From: Vicugna vicugna
Taxonomy: Eukaryota
Length of the DNA: 64,000 nucleotides
Direction of reading: 5' to 3'
Assembly: GCA_013265495.1 (NCBI GenBank)
Contig: MU057999.1
Span: forward strand, 682,001-746,000
Shown piece by piece: positions 34,401-45,454 of the stretch (positions within the stretch are counted from its first letter, which is position 1; each line of letters opens with the position of its first letter). Below the pieces are notes generated by a model. The model saw only the letters and a list, made by a program, of their open reading frames with translations. It was not told where the DNA came from and ran no database searches. A program made the translations under genes and the position numbers.

Positions 34401-34876
34401 ATTAGCATACAAAAATGGCACTCCCACAGGTGCCGTAACGGTTCTGAGGCTAAAAATAAAAGGTCAAAAAGTGGGCAGTGACTCAATTCCTGGGAATCCC
34501 AGCCCCATCCCCAAAGTAGTTGGAACGACCCTCCCATTTGTTAGCACATGAAGCTTCCAAGCCCATAAAACTAACACCCACCGCGTCCCACGCTGCTCTC
34601 CCTTCTGAGTGAGACGCCCGCGCTCCGTCTACGGAGCGTGTAACCACTTTTACTGTAAAGTAAACACCCACCTCTGCACCTCGTGGCCTTTCTCTTGCCT
34701 TTTGAGACAGCCTGCACTCTGACTATGGAGTATGTATCTCTCTGAATAAACTGACCTTTACTCAACTGTGGCTCGCTCTTGACTTCTTTCCTGTGCGAAG
34801 CCAAGGACCCACACTTGTCGGGGCGCGTCCCAGGGACACTGCCCTCCTCTCGCCCCATATTCTTTCTCCTGCATCA
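34400..34876 (+). mobile_element. ERV1-type solo LTR, MER41-like (5' part missing)
   Basis: TGGCACTCCCACAGGTGCCGTAACGGTT; AATAAA at 34745 followed by CTGTGGCTCGCTCTTGACTTCTTTCCTGTGCGAAGCCAAG; ends ...TCCTGCATCA. Confidence 0.7.
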
Positions 34877-35405
34877 GGAGGACACAGGCCTCCAGTCTGG
34901 CCTGAAGTTTGGCTTCTTTCTCCTGCCCGTTGTTTCCTCCCCTCTGTGAAACTACAAAACAGGAGGCTTAATGTTCAGTCCCTGAGCCTCTGAACGTCTC
35001 ATAGCTGCCCCCTTGTCCCCTCCCCGCCTTGGTGCTCAGGGGGCAGGGGGACTCCATCCCCTTTCTCTGGGGCATGAGGTCTCCCTTCTCCAGGGTCTCC
35101 GCATCACACGCCTGCGCACGGCCCCTCTGCTTCCCTCTCCAAGGCCCGGCCCCGGGGGACACTGGCGTTTACGCTCTGATCCAATGGCCTTGGAAGACGT
35201 TCATCTCTTAGGAAAACGTGCCTCAGGTTTTGGTGGCTGTCACCATCCACACTTGCTGGTCCTCTGATCTTTTTAGGCCTCAGCTTCTTTGCCTGCAAAG
35301 TGGGATTATAATCCTTTGTCACTTAGTCAAATCTGATCACTGTTTACATTACGGTTTCTGCCTTTACTCTAGGCTTAGAAAGCTTTCATTACCAAATGAT
35401 TTTTT

Positions 35406-35533
35406 GGGGGGGTGGGTAATTAGGTTTATTTATTTATTCATTTATTTTTCACTGGAGGTACTGGGGACTGAACCCAGTGCCTTTTGCATGCTAAGCACTC
35501 ACTCTACCACTGAGCTGTACTCTCCTCACAATA
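35406..35533 (-). mobile_element. tRNA-derived SINE (camelid-type) with TSD, inside an old L1 fragment
   Basis: GGTAATTAGGTTTATTT...GGAGGTACTGGGGACTGAACCC...CTCTACCACTGAGCT; AAATGATTTTT on both flanks. Confidence 0.9.
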
Positions 35534-37999
35534 AATGATTTTTTTAAAAACCATTAAAAAACATTTAAAAATCAACAAATAACTTTTAAAAAGCTGTTTA
35601 CCTATTTTTTTTCCCAATTGGATCACGGTTCATGTTTCCATTAAACCCATCTGGATATGCTCTGGGATGTGATGTGTGCTTCTTTTTCCTGATTGCCTCC
35701 GGGCAGTTTATTAAATAGCCTAGCATGTCCTCTGTTGTTTTGGAATGCAGACTTTCTCATGAACTAAACACTTATGGATGTTTGTGTCTGTTACTGGGAC
35801 TGTTTGCTCCATCCAGCCAGAGGCGCAGCCTCACCCCTCTGAGGGGACCCTCAGGAAATCTCTGCTTCTGCCCACTGCAGGGGAACAGGCCAAACACACT
35901 TGGGGGGGGCACGTGTGCACGTGGATGTGTAGATGTGTGTGCACTGTGCATGTGGATGTGTGGGCATGGGCGCGCGTGTGCGCGTCAATGTGTTCTGAGA
36001 AGATGTGGCTCACCGGGTTGCAGTTGCAGTTTTAACTTGATTCCACGTCCTGCCTAATTTAGATCACGGAGCTTAGGACATGACCTCCTTCAATCTCCGT
36101 CCACTCACTTCCCACCCATGCTGGTCAGCACCACGCTCTGTCCTCCATCCCTCAGCTCTCGTCAATCCCTGGGTCTCCATTCTCCCTCCCTCCTACATCT
36201 CCACCTTCTCCCTGTCCTCTGCTTCCTGCCTCTAAAACACAGAAGGTGGGAGGGTCTGGTAAGTGGGATGGAGGACCACAAGTCCAGAGTGGCAGAAACG
36301 TGGGGCCGGGTGGGTGGGAGACACCAGGAGGTGCAATCAAGAGATAGATGGGGCCAGGATCGCACATTTCCCCCCCAGGAGCTGGTGGGGGCCTGTGGGC
36401 AAAATTATCTTAGAAAACCCTCCCTGGTAGCAGAGTGGAAAAGCCCAGCTGGGAGGGCCCAGGACTGGAGGCAGAAATCTTGCTCAGGAACCCAGGTGAG
36501 AGATGAGGACCTGGGCCAGGCCGCTGGACAGAGATAGGCTCCAGAGCTCCGGAGCCACCTGCGCTGGGATTCTCTCCACAGTATGAGCACTGGGCACTGC
36601 TGGGCTTGCTTCATGGAGCCACTGGGGAGGACATGAGACTTCACGTCCCACCGGGGGTGTCACAGGAGCAGCAGCAGTCGGCCACAGGGTGTCGGCTATG
36701 ACATCAGATCAGGCCTCTTCCTTCACTCACTCCTGACAGCCAGCTCGATAGCTGAGCTTGTGTGCCTCAATAGGACCCTAGTGAAGGCGGCTTCCCCGGT
36801 CACGACAATGTCCTCTCAGACTCCCTTCTTCCTGACACACTTCCATCCAAAGTGCCAGCCATAGCACGGCACGGCCTCCTTTTCCAGGGTCCAGGACTTT
36901 CTAAGTTAAGCCCCTGCAATTTACAACCTTGCCTCCCATAGCACTTCTGCATCCCCTTCAACAGTAGCTGGGGCAAGAGGCAGAGCCTAGAGGACAGGAC
37001 CCCCTCCAGAGCCTTGCACAGGCCAGCCTAGGGTCCCTGGGAAGTGCGATGGTCACTCCACCCACCTGGGCTGACTTTCCCTGGGCTCAGCATCCCAGCA
37101 GGAAGCAACCAGAGCCCCGCCCGCACTGGAGATTCCGTTATATACAGCTTGACGGCAGATTGGGGGTGTAGGGGAGGAATGCATTGTGCAGAGAGATGCC
37201 AGGTTGTCAGGAAGGACCACAGGGCCCCGAGGATAAAAGATCACATCAGTATGGACAGGGTTTGGCAGGGTGTCCAGACTTAGCCTTTAGGTCCTGAAGA
37301 GAAAGGAGTGTCCAGCTGTACTTCAGTACACTCCAGGACACCCTTCTACTCTTGGGCGGAGATCAAACAGTGTCTTTAAGAACTGAAGCTATTTTGCCAG
37401 GGAAATGGGGAGTGAAAGTGGGAGGAATCACTCCACTAGGGGCTCAAGCAACTCTCCTTGCCCAGAGCAGAGCACTTGGCGACAGTAGAGGGGAGTGGTC
37501 AGGGGAGGAGCCAGCAGCTCCAGCCTCCGGGGTTGGGGGAGCCTGAGAGGTCCACGAGCCCCGTGGTGGGCACATGCAGACAGCACAAAGGATGGACGTC
37601 TCAGAAAGGCAGGGACAACGACCCCAGTGTGGCAGGGGAGCTGCAGGACAGTCTCCGGGGGAACAAGTCTGAGCCCACAGAGGAAACTGCCTCGCGTGTG
37701 GCCCAGTGAACCAGGTGCCCCCTCCCACAGCAAGCGGCTCTGATCTGGATGGGAAGGCGACTCACGTGGAACTTACAAATGCGTGTTCAGTTCTGTGGGC
37801 CTGCTGGGCAAAATTCCGAACGCTCATTGGAAACTGGATCCAAATCTTAGACAAAGATTGTTTGTCAAAAAGCAGAGGGATAAGGATCTTACCAGAAAGA
37901 TATTGATTATTTATACACTCTTTAATGAATTTCTGCTTGTGTTTTTCTTTTTTTATACATTTTGCTGTTATTAACACACCACAGATTTTTTAAGCTTTA

Positions 38000-38102
38000 T
38001 TTTTTAATGTTATTACTTTTATTTTTAATAGAAGTCTTGAGGATTGAACCTAGGACTTCGTGCATGCTAAGCACGCACTCTACCATGAGCTACACCCCCA
38101 CT
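38000..38102 (-). mobile_element. tRNA-derived SINE (camelid-type)
   Basis: GGATTGAACCTAGGACTTCGTGCATGCTAAGCACGCACTCTACCATGAGCTAC. Confidence 0.85.
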
Positions 38103-38167
38103 CCCCTGCATGTGTTTTTCTAATGTAGATTATTGCCCATTAACTAGCAGAAATGCCTGTCTCCTGG

Positions 38168-38335
38168 TTTATTTTTTTAAAAACAGCTTCGTTAAAGTAT
38201 AATTACATACAATACAATGGAGGAGTTGAAAGTGTACATTTTGATGAGTTTTGACATAAGTTTTGTATATACCTGTGAGATCATCTCTGCAATCAAGATG
38301 GTGAACCTATCATCACCCTAAAATGTTTCCTTGTG
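38168..38335 (-). mobile_element. Old L1M 3' end
   Basis: AAGTATAATTACATACAAT...GATGAGTTTTGACA...CAATCAAGATGGTGAAC..ATCATCACCC. Confidence 0.75.
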
Positions 38336-38929
38336 CCCCTTTGTGATCTGTCTCTCCATCCTGTACCCTGCACCCCTGCCTGGAAGCTTTCTCCAAGCAT
38401 TGAACTGGGCCCCAGTCTAATGTGTCATAGGGCCCTCCTCGTTCCATTTCTCAGGGATACGCCTTCTTTGTTGCCCAATGTCTTTAGCGCCATTGTTCTG
38501 TGTATTTTATCTGGGTTTGTAGTTGCTTCAGATCAGAGGGCAAACCTGGTCTCCATAATACCATCTTGAATGAAAAACAAATTCCAACCCACTCAGATTG
38601 GATGATTCTCTGTAACTTGATCAGAAAGCCGTGCCTTCTCTGTCTCCATTCAGAAAGCAGTACCACCTGAGGTGGACTGTCCTGAGTATCTGTTACGTGA
38701 GGCGTGCTTCTGTTCACCCAGTCATTTAGCAAGTCTCTCTGAGGATGTCCTCTGTGCTGCGCTCCCAGTTTGGCACTGGGGATACAGTGATGGGTATGAC
38801 CGTCATCCCTGTCGCCAGGAAATCCCTGCCGAGTGGGGAATGCAGACAGCTAAAAGCGCCATCTCAGTCCAGAGGAGCAGGGCCGCGTGAGATGTAGTCG
38901 TGGCGGCCGGGGGAGAGCGTGTTCACGGA

Positions 38930-39362
38930 AGCGGATGCTGCCAGGGCCCCTCTGGGTTCAGTGGCAGCCCTGGTGGAAAGTTGCCCGTGAGCCAGTCCCA
39001 CCTCAAGTGCACCTCCCACCTCTCTGCATCTCTGCCTCAAGCCCTCCCTGAAGCTTCAGAGACCTGCACACCTGCAAACAAGAGCACCTCAAAAATAGTC
39101 TGGAAGAAGGAGGGCCTTGTCAGCCCTTACCCAGTGGGACGTGGGAGCTGTGATAAATGACCCACTTCCTGTTCTTGAGTGGACAGTTCTGGGGGCACAG
39201 TCTGTACGCTTGTCAGAGGTCCCAGGAGCATGGAATCTTCCACCGCCCAACTTGCCCTTCCCAAATCTTCCCTCCTGTTCTCTGGGATCACTTCCTAAAT
39301 AAATTCCCTGTATCTGACACCTTTTCTCAGGCTCTGCTTTCAGGGGGACTCAAATTAGGACA
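38930..39362 (+). mobile_element. ERVL solo LTR (LTR16-like)
   Basis: CTGGGATCACTTCCTAAATAAA...TCTCAGGCTCTGCTTTCAGGGGGACTCAAATTAGGACA 3' end. Confidence 0.7.
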
Positions 39363-39759
39363 TGACTTACCTAAATTTAGTACCATCAACCCATTTCACT
39401 GATGAGGAAATTAAGTCTCAGAGCTTTTTCTGAGGCCACAGGTTTAGAAAGTGGCAGAGCCAGGGGACAAACACAGGTCACTGGACCCTAACTCCCTGTT
39501 CTCCCCCCTCAGTCTGGATGCCTCCAGAAGCTATTTATCCAGAGCACGGGTCAGGGAGAGCTGTTGGGAGCTTGCTGTGCATCCTCCAGGGGCCCGATAA
39601 CCCCTCTGTCATAATACTGAAGTCAAAAGTAAAATGAAATAACCATAAATCTGTGCTGATGTTCATCCATGGCTCTTGTGACAACCCAGGGTACATTACT
39701 TAAGTCATGGCTTTGAAACAGATGCCAAATATGCCCAGGCTGCTGGGGTTCACACATGC

Positions 39760-40500
39760 CAAGTCACGGTCCTTCCCTCCAAGAGTTCCTAGTCTAGGGG
39801 GAGTGAGAGCAGCAGGCTGACAGCTAAGGACAGGAGGGACGTAGGCCAGTCATGGCTGGAGGGGACACCCTGGGAGGAGTGGTCAGTGTGCTCTGAGGGG
39901 AGGAGGGGGTTACCCCAGCCCGAGAGCACATAGCTCAGAGGCCTGGGACAGCGCCTGCTCAGGGAGCCACTGGCAGGTGGGAGGAGTTAAAGCCTGGTAG
40001 GTTGGGAGGGTTTGGTGGCAAGAGGTGGGGAGGAGGAGGCAGGACTCGGAAGAGAGGCAGGGAGTAGGTCCCAGAGGCCCCACAGGCCGTGCCAAGGAAT
40101 CTGGGCCTGGCAATGGGAGCCACTGAGGGTTTTTAAGTAGGTCAGTGGTTTTCAGCTTTAGCAAGCATCGTAGTCACATGGAGAGCTTATTAAAACACAA
40201 TGTTGGGCCCGGCACCTGAGTTGCTGAATCAGAAGGTCGGGGATGTGTCCTGAGGATTTGCCTTTTTATCTCCTTCCCAGGGGATGCTGATGCTGGTGGG
40301 CTGGGCGCCACACTTTTAGAACCACCGAAGTAGGGAGGGAAGTGCTCAGATTCTCGCTGGGATGGATTGGAGAGACTGTTGGCTGCTGCAGAGATTCAGC
40401 AGCAAGCTGCAAGGGCTTGAGCCAGGTGCGGGAATGGAGAGAGCAGGATGGAAAGGAGGAATGTTAAGGAGGATCAGTGGGACTTCAATGGTTTGGGGAA
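39760..40500 (-). mobile_element. L2 fragment interrupted by MER5A
   Basis: GGCAATGGGAGCCACTGAGGGTTTTTAAGTAG continues after the MITE as GGAAGTG..CAGATT...GGATGGATTGGAG. Confidence 0.65.
40143..40327. mobile_element. MER5A MITE with terminal inverted repeats and 8-bp TSD
   Basis: CAGTGGTTTT...AGAACCACCG; TSD AAGTAGGT (40135) / AAGTAGGG (40328), the length expected for hAT elements. Confidence 0.9.
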
Positions 40501-41389
40501 AGGATAATATAAAACTCCAAGTGGACCTTATCACCATCTCAAAATCTTCAGATGAGGAGTCAGGGTGTCCAACCAGGGGAAATCTGCAGAGAGGCAGACA
40601 GACCCTCCTTTCCTTTATTCCTTCCACTCCTTCCCCTCCTCGTTAGAAGAGCAACAGAAACTGTTCAAAGAAAGGGAAAATGCCACAAAGAAGATAAAGT
40701 GGGACGATAAAACAAAATGAGAGACAAGCAGTGAATGGATCACCTGCTGGGACCCGGAGACCTGGAGAGCCACACAGATGGAGGGGCGGAGCGGACAGGA
40801 CAGACAGACAGACAGACCAGAGCTTCCAGCCTTGGGCCTCACTGGAGGAGGAGTGGGTCCCCTGGGGTGCTGATGGGTCAAGATGCTTTGTGGCAAGTCC
40901 AGTCTCCCAGCGGTTAATTAAGCCCTTGCTGCCAGCGGCTGCAGGACACTAGCTTGGCATCGGAGGGAGGGGGCACTTGTAAGCAAGGCCAAGTAACACT
41001 CAGCCAGATAACACTTTCCTGTCTCAACTGCTTTGCCTGGGCTGCTTTCCCCAGATCCTGCAGCTTGCAAGGCTCTGGAGACTGTATCATCATTAGCATC
41101 CCCTGCATAACACTCCCAGTGTGAGCTCTTCAGGGATCCTTCGAGCACAGAATTTTATCAAAGACCAGGCCAGATGCTGACCAAGGCGGTATGGTGTGAT
41201 GGGGCAGGGCCTCTGCTGTGATCTCTGGTTTGACCAAAGCTCCTCCCTCCTTGCTAATAAATGTCCCTGCCCCTGCAGGCACCCCCCTGGAGGAGTGACC
41301 CCACAGAGCCCACCCTTCCTGCTCCTGACGTTGGGAACTTTCAAAGCAGAGCTACCCCGGCAGTCCAGGGAGATACTCCTGAGTCCAGG

Positions 41390-42048
41390 GCAGCAGGATC
41401 CCCTTGTTCCCAGCACAGAGCTCCTAAAATTTTTGGAATCTCCTGAGCGATGAGAGTGAAAAAATTACGTTAATGAGATAAAGCTTATGTTTATGAGGTG
41501 ACTTTTGGGAAGCTCCCAGGCCACCTAAGGATGGGGGCTGGTTGCCAGGGGACCAAGTCACATGAGTAGAAGGCTGGAACTTTCAGTCTCATCCCCAACC
41601 CCCCACATCTGGGAAGCGGGAGGGAACGAGAGGTTGAATTCAATTACCAACGGCCAGTGATTCAATCAACCCCGTCTATGTAATGTAGCCTCCATAAAAA
41701 CCCAAAAAGGAAGGGGTTCAGAGAACTTCCAGATTGTTGAATCAGAATTCTTCCACATGCCACCGTGCAAGGCCCCAAGGGGACAGAAGCTCCTTTGTTC
41801 TGGACCTCATCTTAAGTATGTCTTTTTCTGCCTGTTGATTTGCATCCTTTGCTATCCTTTAGAATAAACTAGTAATCTAGTGAGTAAACTGGTTTCCTGA
41901 GTTCTGTGAGCCATTCTAGCAAATTAATCCAACCTAAGGAGGGGGTCGTGAGAACCTCTGATTTATAGCCGGTTGGTTAGAAGCACAACCTGGATTTGTG
42001 ATTGGCATCTGAAGTGGAGGGCAGTCTTGTGGGACTGAGCTCTGAAAC
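41390..42048 (+). mobile_element. MER21-like ERVL solo LTR
   Basis: CTCCTAAAATTTTTGGAATCTCC; GGATGGGGGCTGGTTGCCAGGGGACCAA; AATAAACTAGTAA; CTGAGTTCTGTGAGCCATTCTAGCAAATTAATC. Confidence 0.8.
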
Positions 42049-42230
42049 CGGGAACTATATTCAGTATCTTGTAGTAACTTACGGTGAAAAAGAATATGAA
42101 AATGAATATATACATCTTCATGTATGACTGGAGCATTGTGCTGTATACCAGAAATTGACACAACACTGTAAACTGACTATACTTCAATAAAGTATATTTA
42201 TATACATATATATATAAACAATAAAATAAA
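42049..42230 (+). mobile_element. Young L1 3' end joined to the MER21-like LTR
   Basis: GGGAACTATATTCAGTATCTTGTAGTAAC...GAAATTGACACAACACTGTAAACTGACTATACTTCAATAAA plus A/TA tail. Confidence 0.9.
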
Positions 42231-42829
42231 GTGCTGGACCCCCTTGGCACATCTATATGCCATAAGCACAGGGCTTGTCCTTGTTGCTTGTTTCTGGCTG
42301 CTTCCCTGGAAGACTGAGCTCCCAAGGGCAGGAACTGCTCTCTCCTCTCTGCTCCCCCGAGCCTGGCTCAGGGCCTGGCACACTTATCCAGTGGGGCAGG
42401 AGAGTGATGCACTTTCTGCAGGAGAAGAAGACCAAGAGTGGCACCTGGGGAACCCTGACAATTAAGGGCAGGTGGGAAAGGAGTAATCAAGAAAAGAGAT
42501 CAAATAAACACTGAGAGGTAGGAAGGAGGCAGGGAACCCTCAGAGGGAGGTATTTTAAGATGAAACATCCCATCCCAAGAATGCCTTGCATGTGGATACG
42601 TGGGCATAAGTTCCTCGGGCAGAGGCCATATCAGATGTGCCCATCGCTGCAGCCAGCCCAGGGCCGGAAGTCAGTGCTCAACACATAGGGGCTGTGAGCC
42701 TATGTCATGATCCAGGTCCTCCCATCAAGAGGAGGGACGCCTAAGGAGGGAGGGCTGATGGGGCCAGGCACCCTCTAGCCTGGGTTCTCCTGCTTTGCTG
42801 TGGCCCCCTCCCTCCTGTGATGTTCCACA

Positions 42830-43460
42830 GCGGTGGGCGGCAGCCCACTCCTCTCCTGGGCGAATCACCGGAGGGATGGCAGGTGATTAGGTACGTGGAC
42901 AGCACGTTCATGTATCCCCCTCGAGAAGAATTAATTACAATCATAAAAAGAGGACAGGAAGAATTTCCGCCACACTCCCTCACAAAGCGGGTGAAGCTGG
43001 GCCAGACGGGAGAGGTGCAGCCTCGCGGGGCCAGGACTCATCCAAGGAGAGCACCTTCTCTGGGGAGAAATTGCACGAGGTCTCATTAACGCCACTGAAA
43101 TGCAGGGCTGACAAGTGAAGGTCCTCGTCGATTGCCTGTGGCCGCGGGACTGAGCTGTTCGAGGTGCCGTGTCCTCCCGCAGCTGCCTGGGCTTGCCCAT
43201 GACCTGCGCTGCCCCGCTGCCGCCTGCCCCGTGGGCTCTGCCGCTGCCCGGGCACGACGCGGGCCTGGTGGCCAGCGGCCTGGCAAGGACTCAGCTGCCG
43301 GGAGGGAAAGGCCTTTGGGGAGTCCAAGCATGAAGTGGGCACCAAGGTCACCGGCAGACAGGGCTCTGCGTTTCCATCCTTTATTCTCCATCCTCAGCTG
43401 CGGGGTCTGGTGACTACTCAAGCCCGTGATCCCGGACAGTGGTCCCTCTCTCCGCCTGTC
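42830..43460. promoter_or_regulatory. Small CpG/GC-rich island-like segment
   Basis: Dense CpG (e.g. CTGCGCTGCCCCGCTGCCGCC, GCACGACGCGGG) in non-repetitive sequence. Confidence 0.35.
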
Positions 43461-45437
43461 CGTGGGTCTCTGGCTCGCTGTCTCTCTGTGGTCTTCCCAA
43501 GCTGCGTTCTATATACAGGCCACCTCTGCTCGTTCCCTTTGCATCTGTCACCGCTCTATTTACAGTTTCCCTTTCTCTATATTTATCCCGGCTCTCTTTT
43601 CCCTCATTGTCTCCCTGTGGTCACTGTCTCCCTCATTGTGGACTTGTCATAAACACCTGGGTCTTCCAGAAAAGCAGCTTGCAGGCTGAACGTGCCCAAA
43701 TCCACCCCTCCGACAGTCCACATGCTGCAGGTCTTCTGACGCTGGTTAAGGACCCTCGTTCCCCATGGACCACCGGAGTTGGAAAGCCAGCCTATAGGCA
43801 GCGCTAGCCGCCGGGGGCCGTGGCCCACCATGGAGACAGTGAGCCAGTGCATCCTGGCTTCCAGAGCCCCCCACGCAGTGTTGCCATCCTGGACGTCCGC
43901 ACGGCCAGCATCTCCATGTTCGAGCAGGGATCTCAGGCTAGGGCTCTGTGGGCCAGTTCTCCACTCTGCCCTCAGCGTGAGCATGGAGGCAGATGGTTCT
44001 GACGCATGCGCTTATACAAATGAGAAAATAAAGGCTCAGAGAGGTAGGGTAACTTACCTGAGGACACAGGGCTAGACAGCCACGCTCTCGGCTGAGGGTC
44101 CTCACTCCTGACCACTTTGCCATAGTGCCTCAGGGTGCTGTGGTGTGGGCCACGAACATGTGCAAACCACATGCTGGTGTGCACCGGCAGGCTTGAGTGT
44201 GTGAGGCTGTCTGTGCACGTGTGTGTGGGGACAGTGTGCACGTGTGCTGCTCATGTGCCCTTTTCAGTCTTTATTGCAAATGTGTCAAAACAGCATCTCT
44301 GAGCGCCAAGGACTTGCCAGGTGAAGGCCCCCTCCGGGCTGGGGCATGCTCCTGCCTGCCCTGGAGTCCTGTACCACACAGCATGGCGACTGGAGCTGGG
44401 CCAGGCAGGCAACGTTGTGTCTTAGCCTCAAGGACTCCTCGAAGCCTTGTCCTCCTGTGCCCCAGGGCTGTCTCTGCTGGGCCTGGGGCAGCCCTGGGAG
44501 CAGCGGGGCTCACAGGCAGAGACCCCGGGCTGCCCCTTTCTGCCAAATCTACTCCGAAAGCAAGTTTTCTTGCAGGGTTTTGGTGAATGACACAGCTCAT
44601 CTTGTCAGCAAAAGGGCTGCCCCAGGGTGAGCAGGCTGCCCTCCTGCTTCCTACCCCCACCCCACCCAGCAGTGGGCCACCGTCCCCCATGCACTGACCT
44701 GGGACTGCCGGGGCTTATGCCCACGTCCATGGCCTCCTGACAGCTAGCATGGAGATTTTCAAACTGTGTCCTCGCCCTCAAGGGTTTTACTTCTCCATGA
44801 GGTGCTTCGGGGGCTCCTCAGCGCAGCGGGTGGAGGAGGTGGGTGGTTATGAATGCTCGGGGGGATGGGAGTCGTTTACTCCCCTCTGACCAGGGCAGCC
44901 CTGATTTTAAGTGTTCTACAAATTGGGCTTCTTTCTAAGAGCTTGCGGAGGCCAGCACCTGACTTCTGCTGCATTTTTATTTTTATTCTTATTCTTAAAA
45001 AGGACCCCAGGCCACCTTCCCCCTTGACTCTTAGCTAGGGACAGGCAAGCTTTCAGCCCTTCGGAATCTTCCCTCCCTCCCCCTGGGTCTGGGAAAAGCA
45101 GACCACAAGAGGGACGTTCAAGGGCTGCGTGTGTGACGCTGACATTCCCTCCAGATCTCGGCTGCACCCTTCCTCCCTCCTGAGCACGAGTATCTTGGCC
45201 AGGACACGTGGGGCCCCTGCGGCAGCTGGGTGTGAGATCAGCTTATTCTGAGCTCAGAGGAAGACTCCTGGGCCGTGTGGCCTGAGAGCTGATTTATGGA
45301 GGACTTGGGGGAGGGCAGGGGAGTGCCTCATCCTCCACCATCTGGGAGCTCCTGTCACGGCCCTGACCCCAGAGCACCCCACTCCCTGCCCCACCCGGCA
45401 AGCTCCCAGAAGGGACAGAGGCATGCCTTCACCCAGA

Positions 45438-45454
45438 GCTGCCCTCTAGTGGAG
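45438..45454 (-). promoter_or_regulatory. CTCF core motif
   Basis: Minus strand reads CTCCACTAGAGGGCAGC, matching CCACYAGRKGGCAG. Confidence 0.5.
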
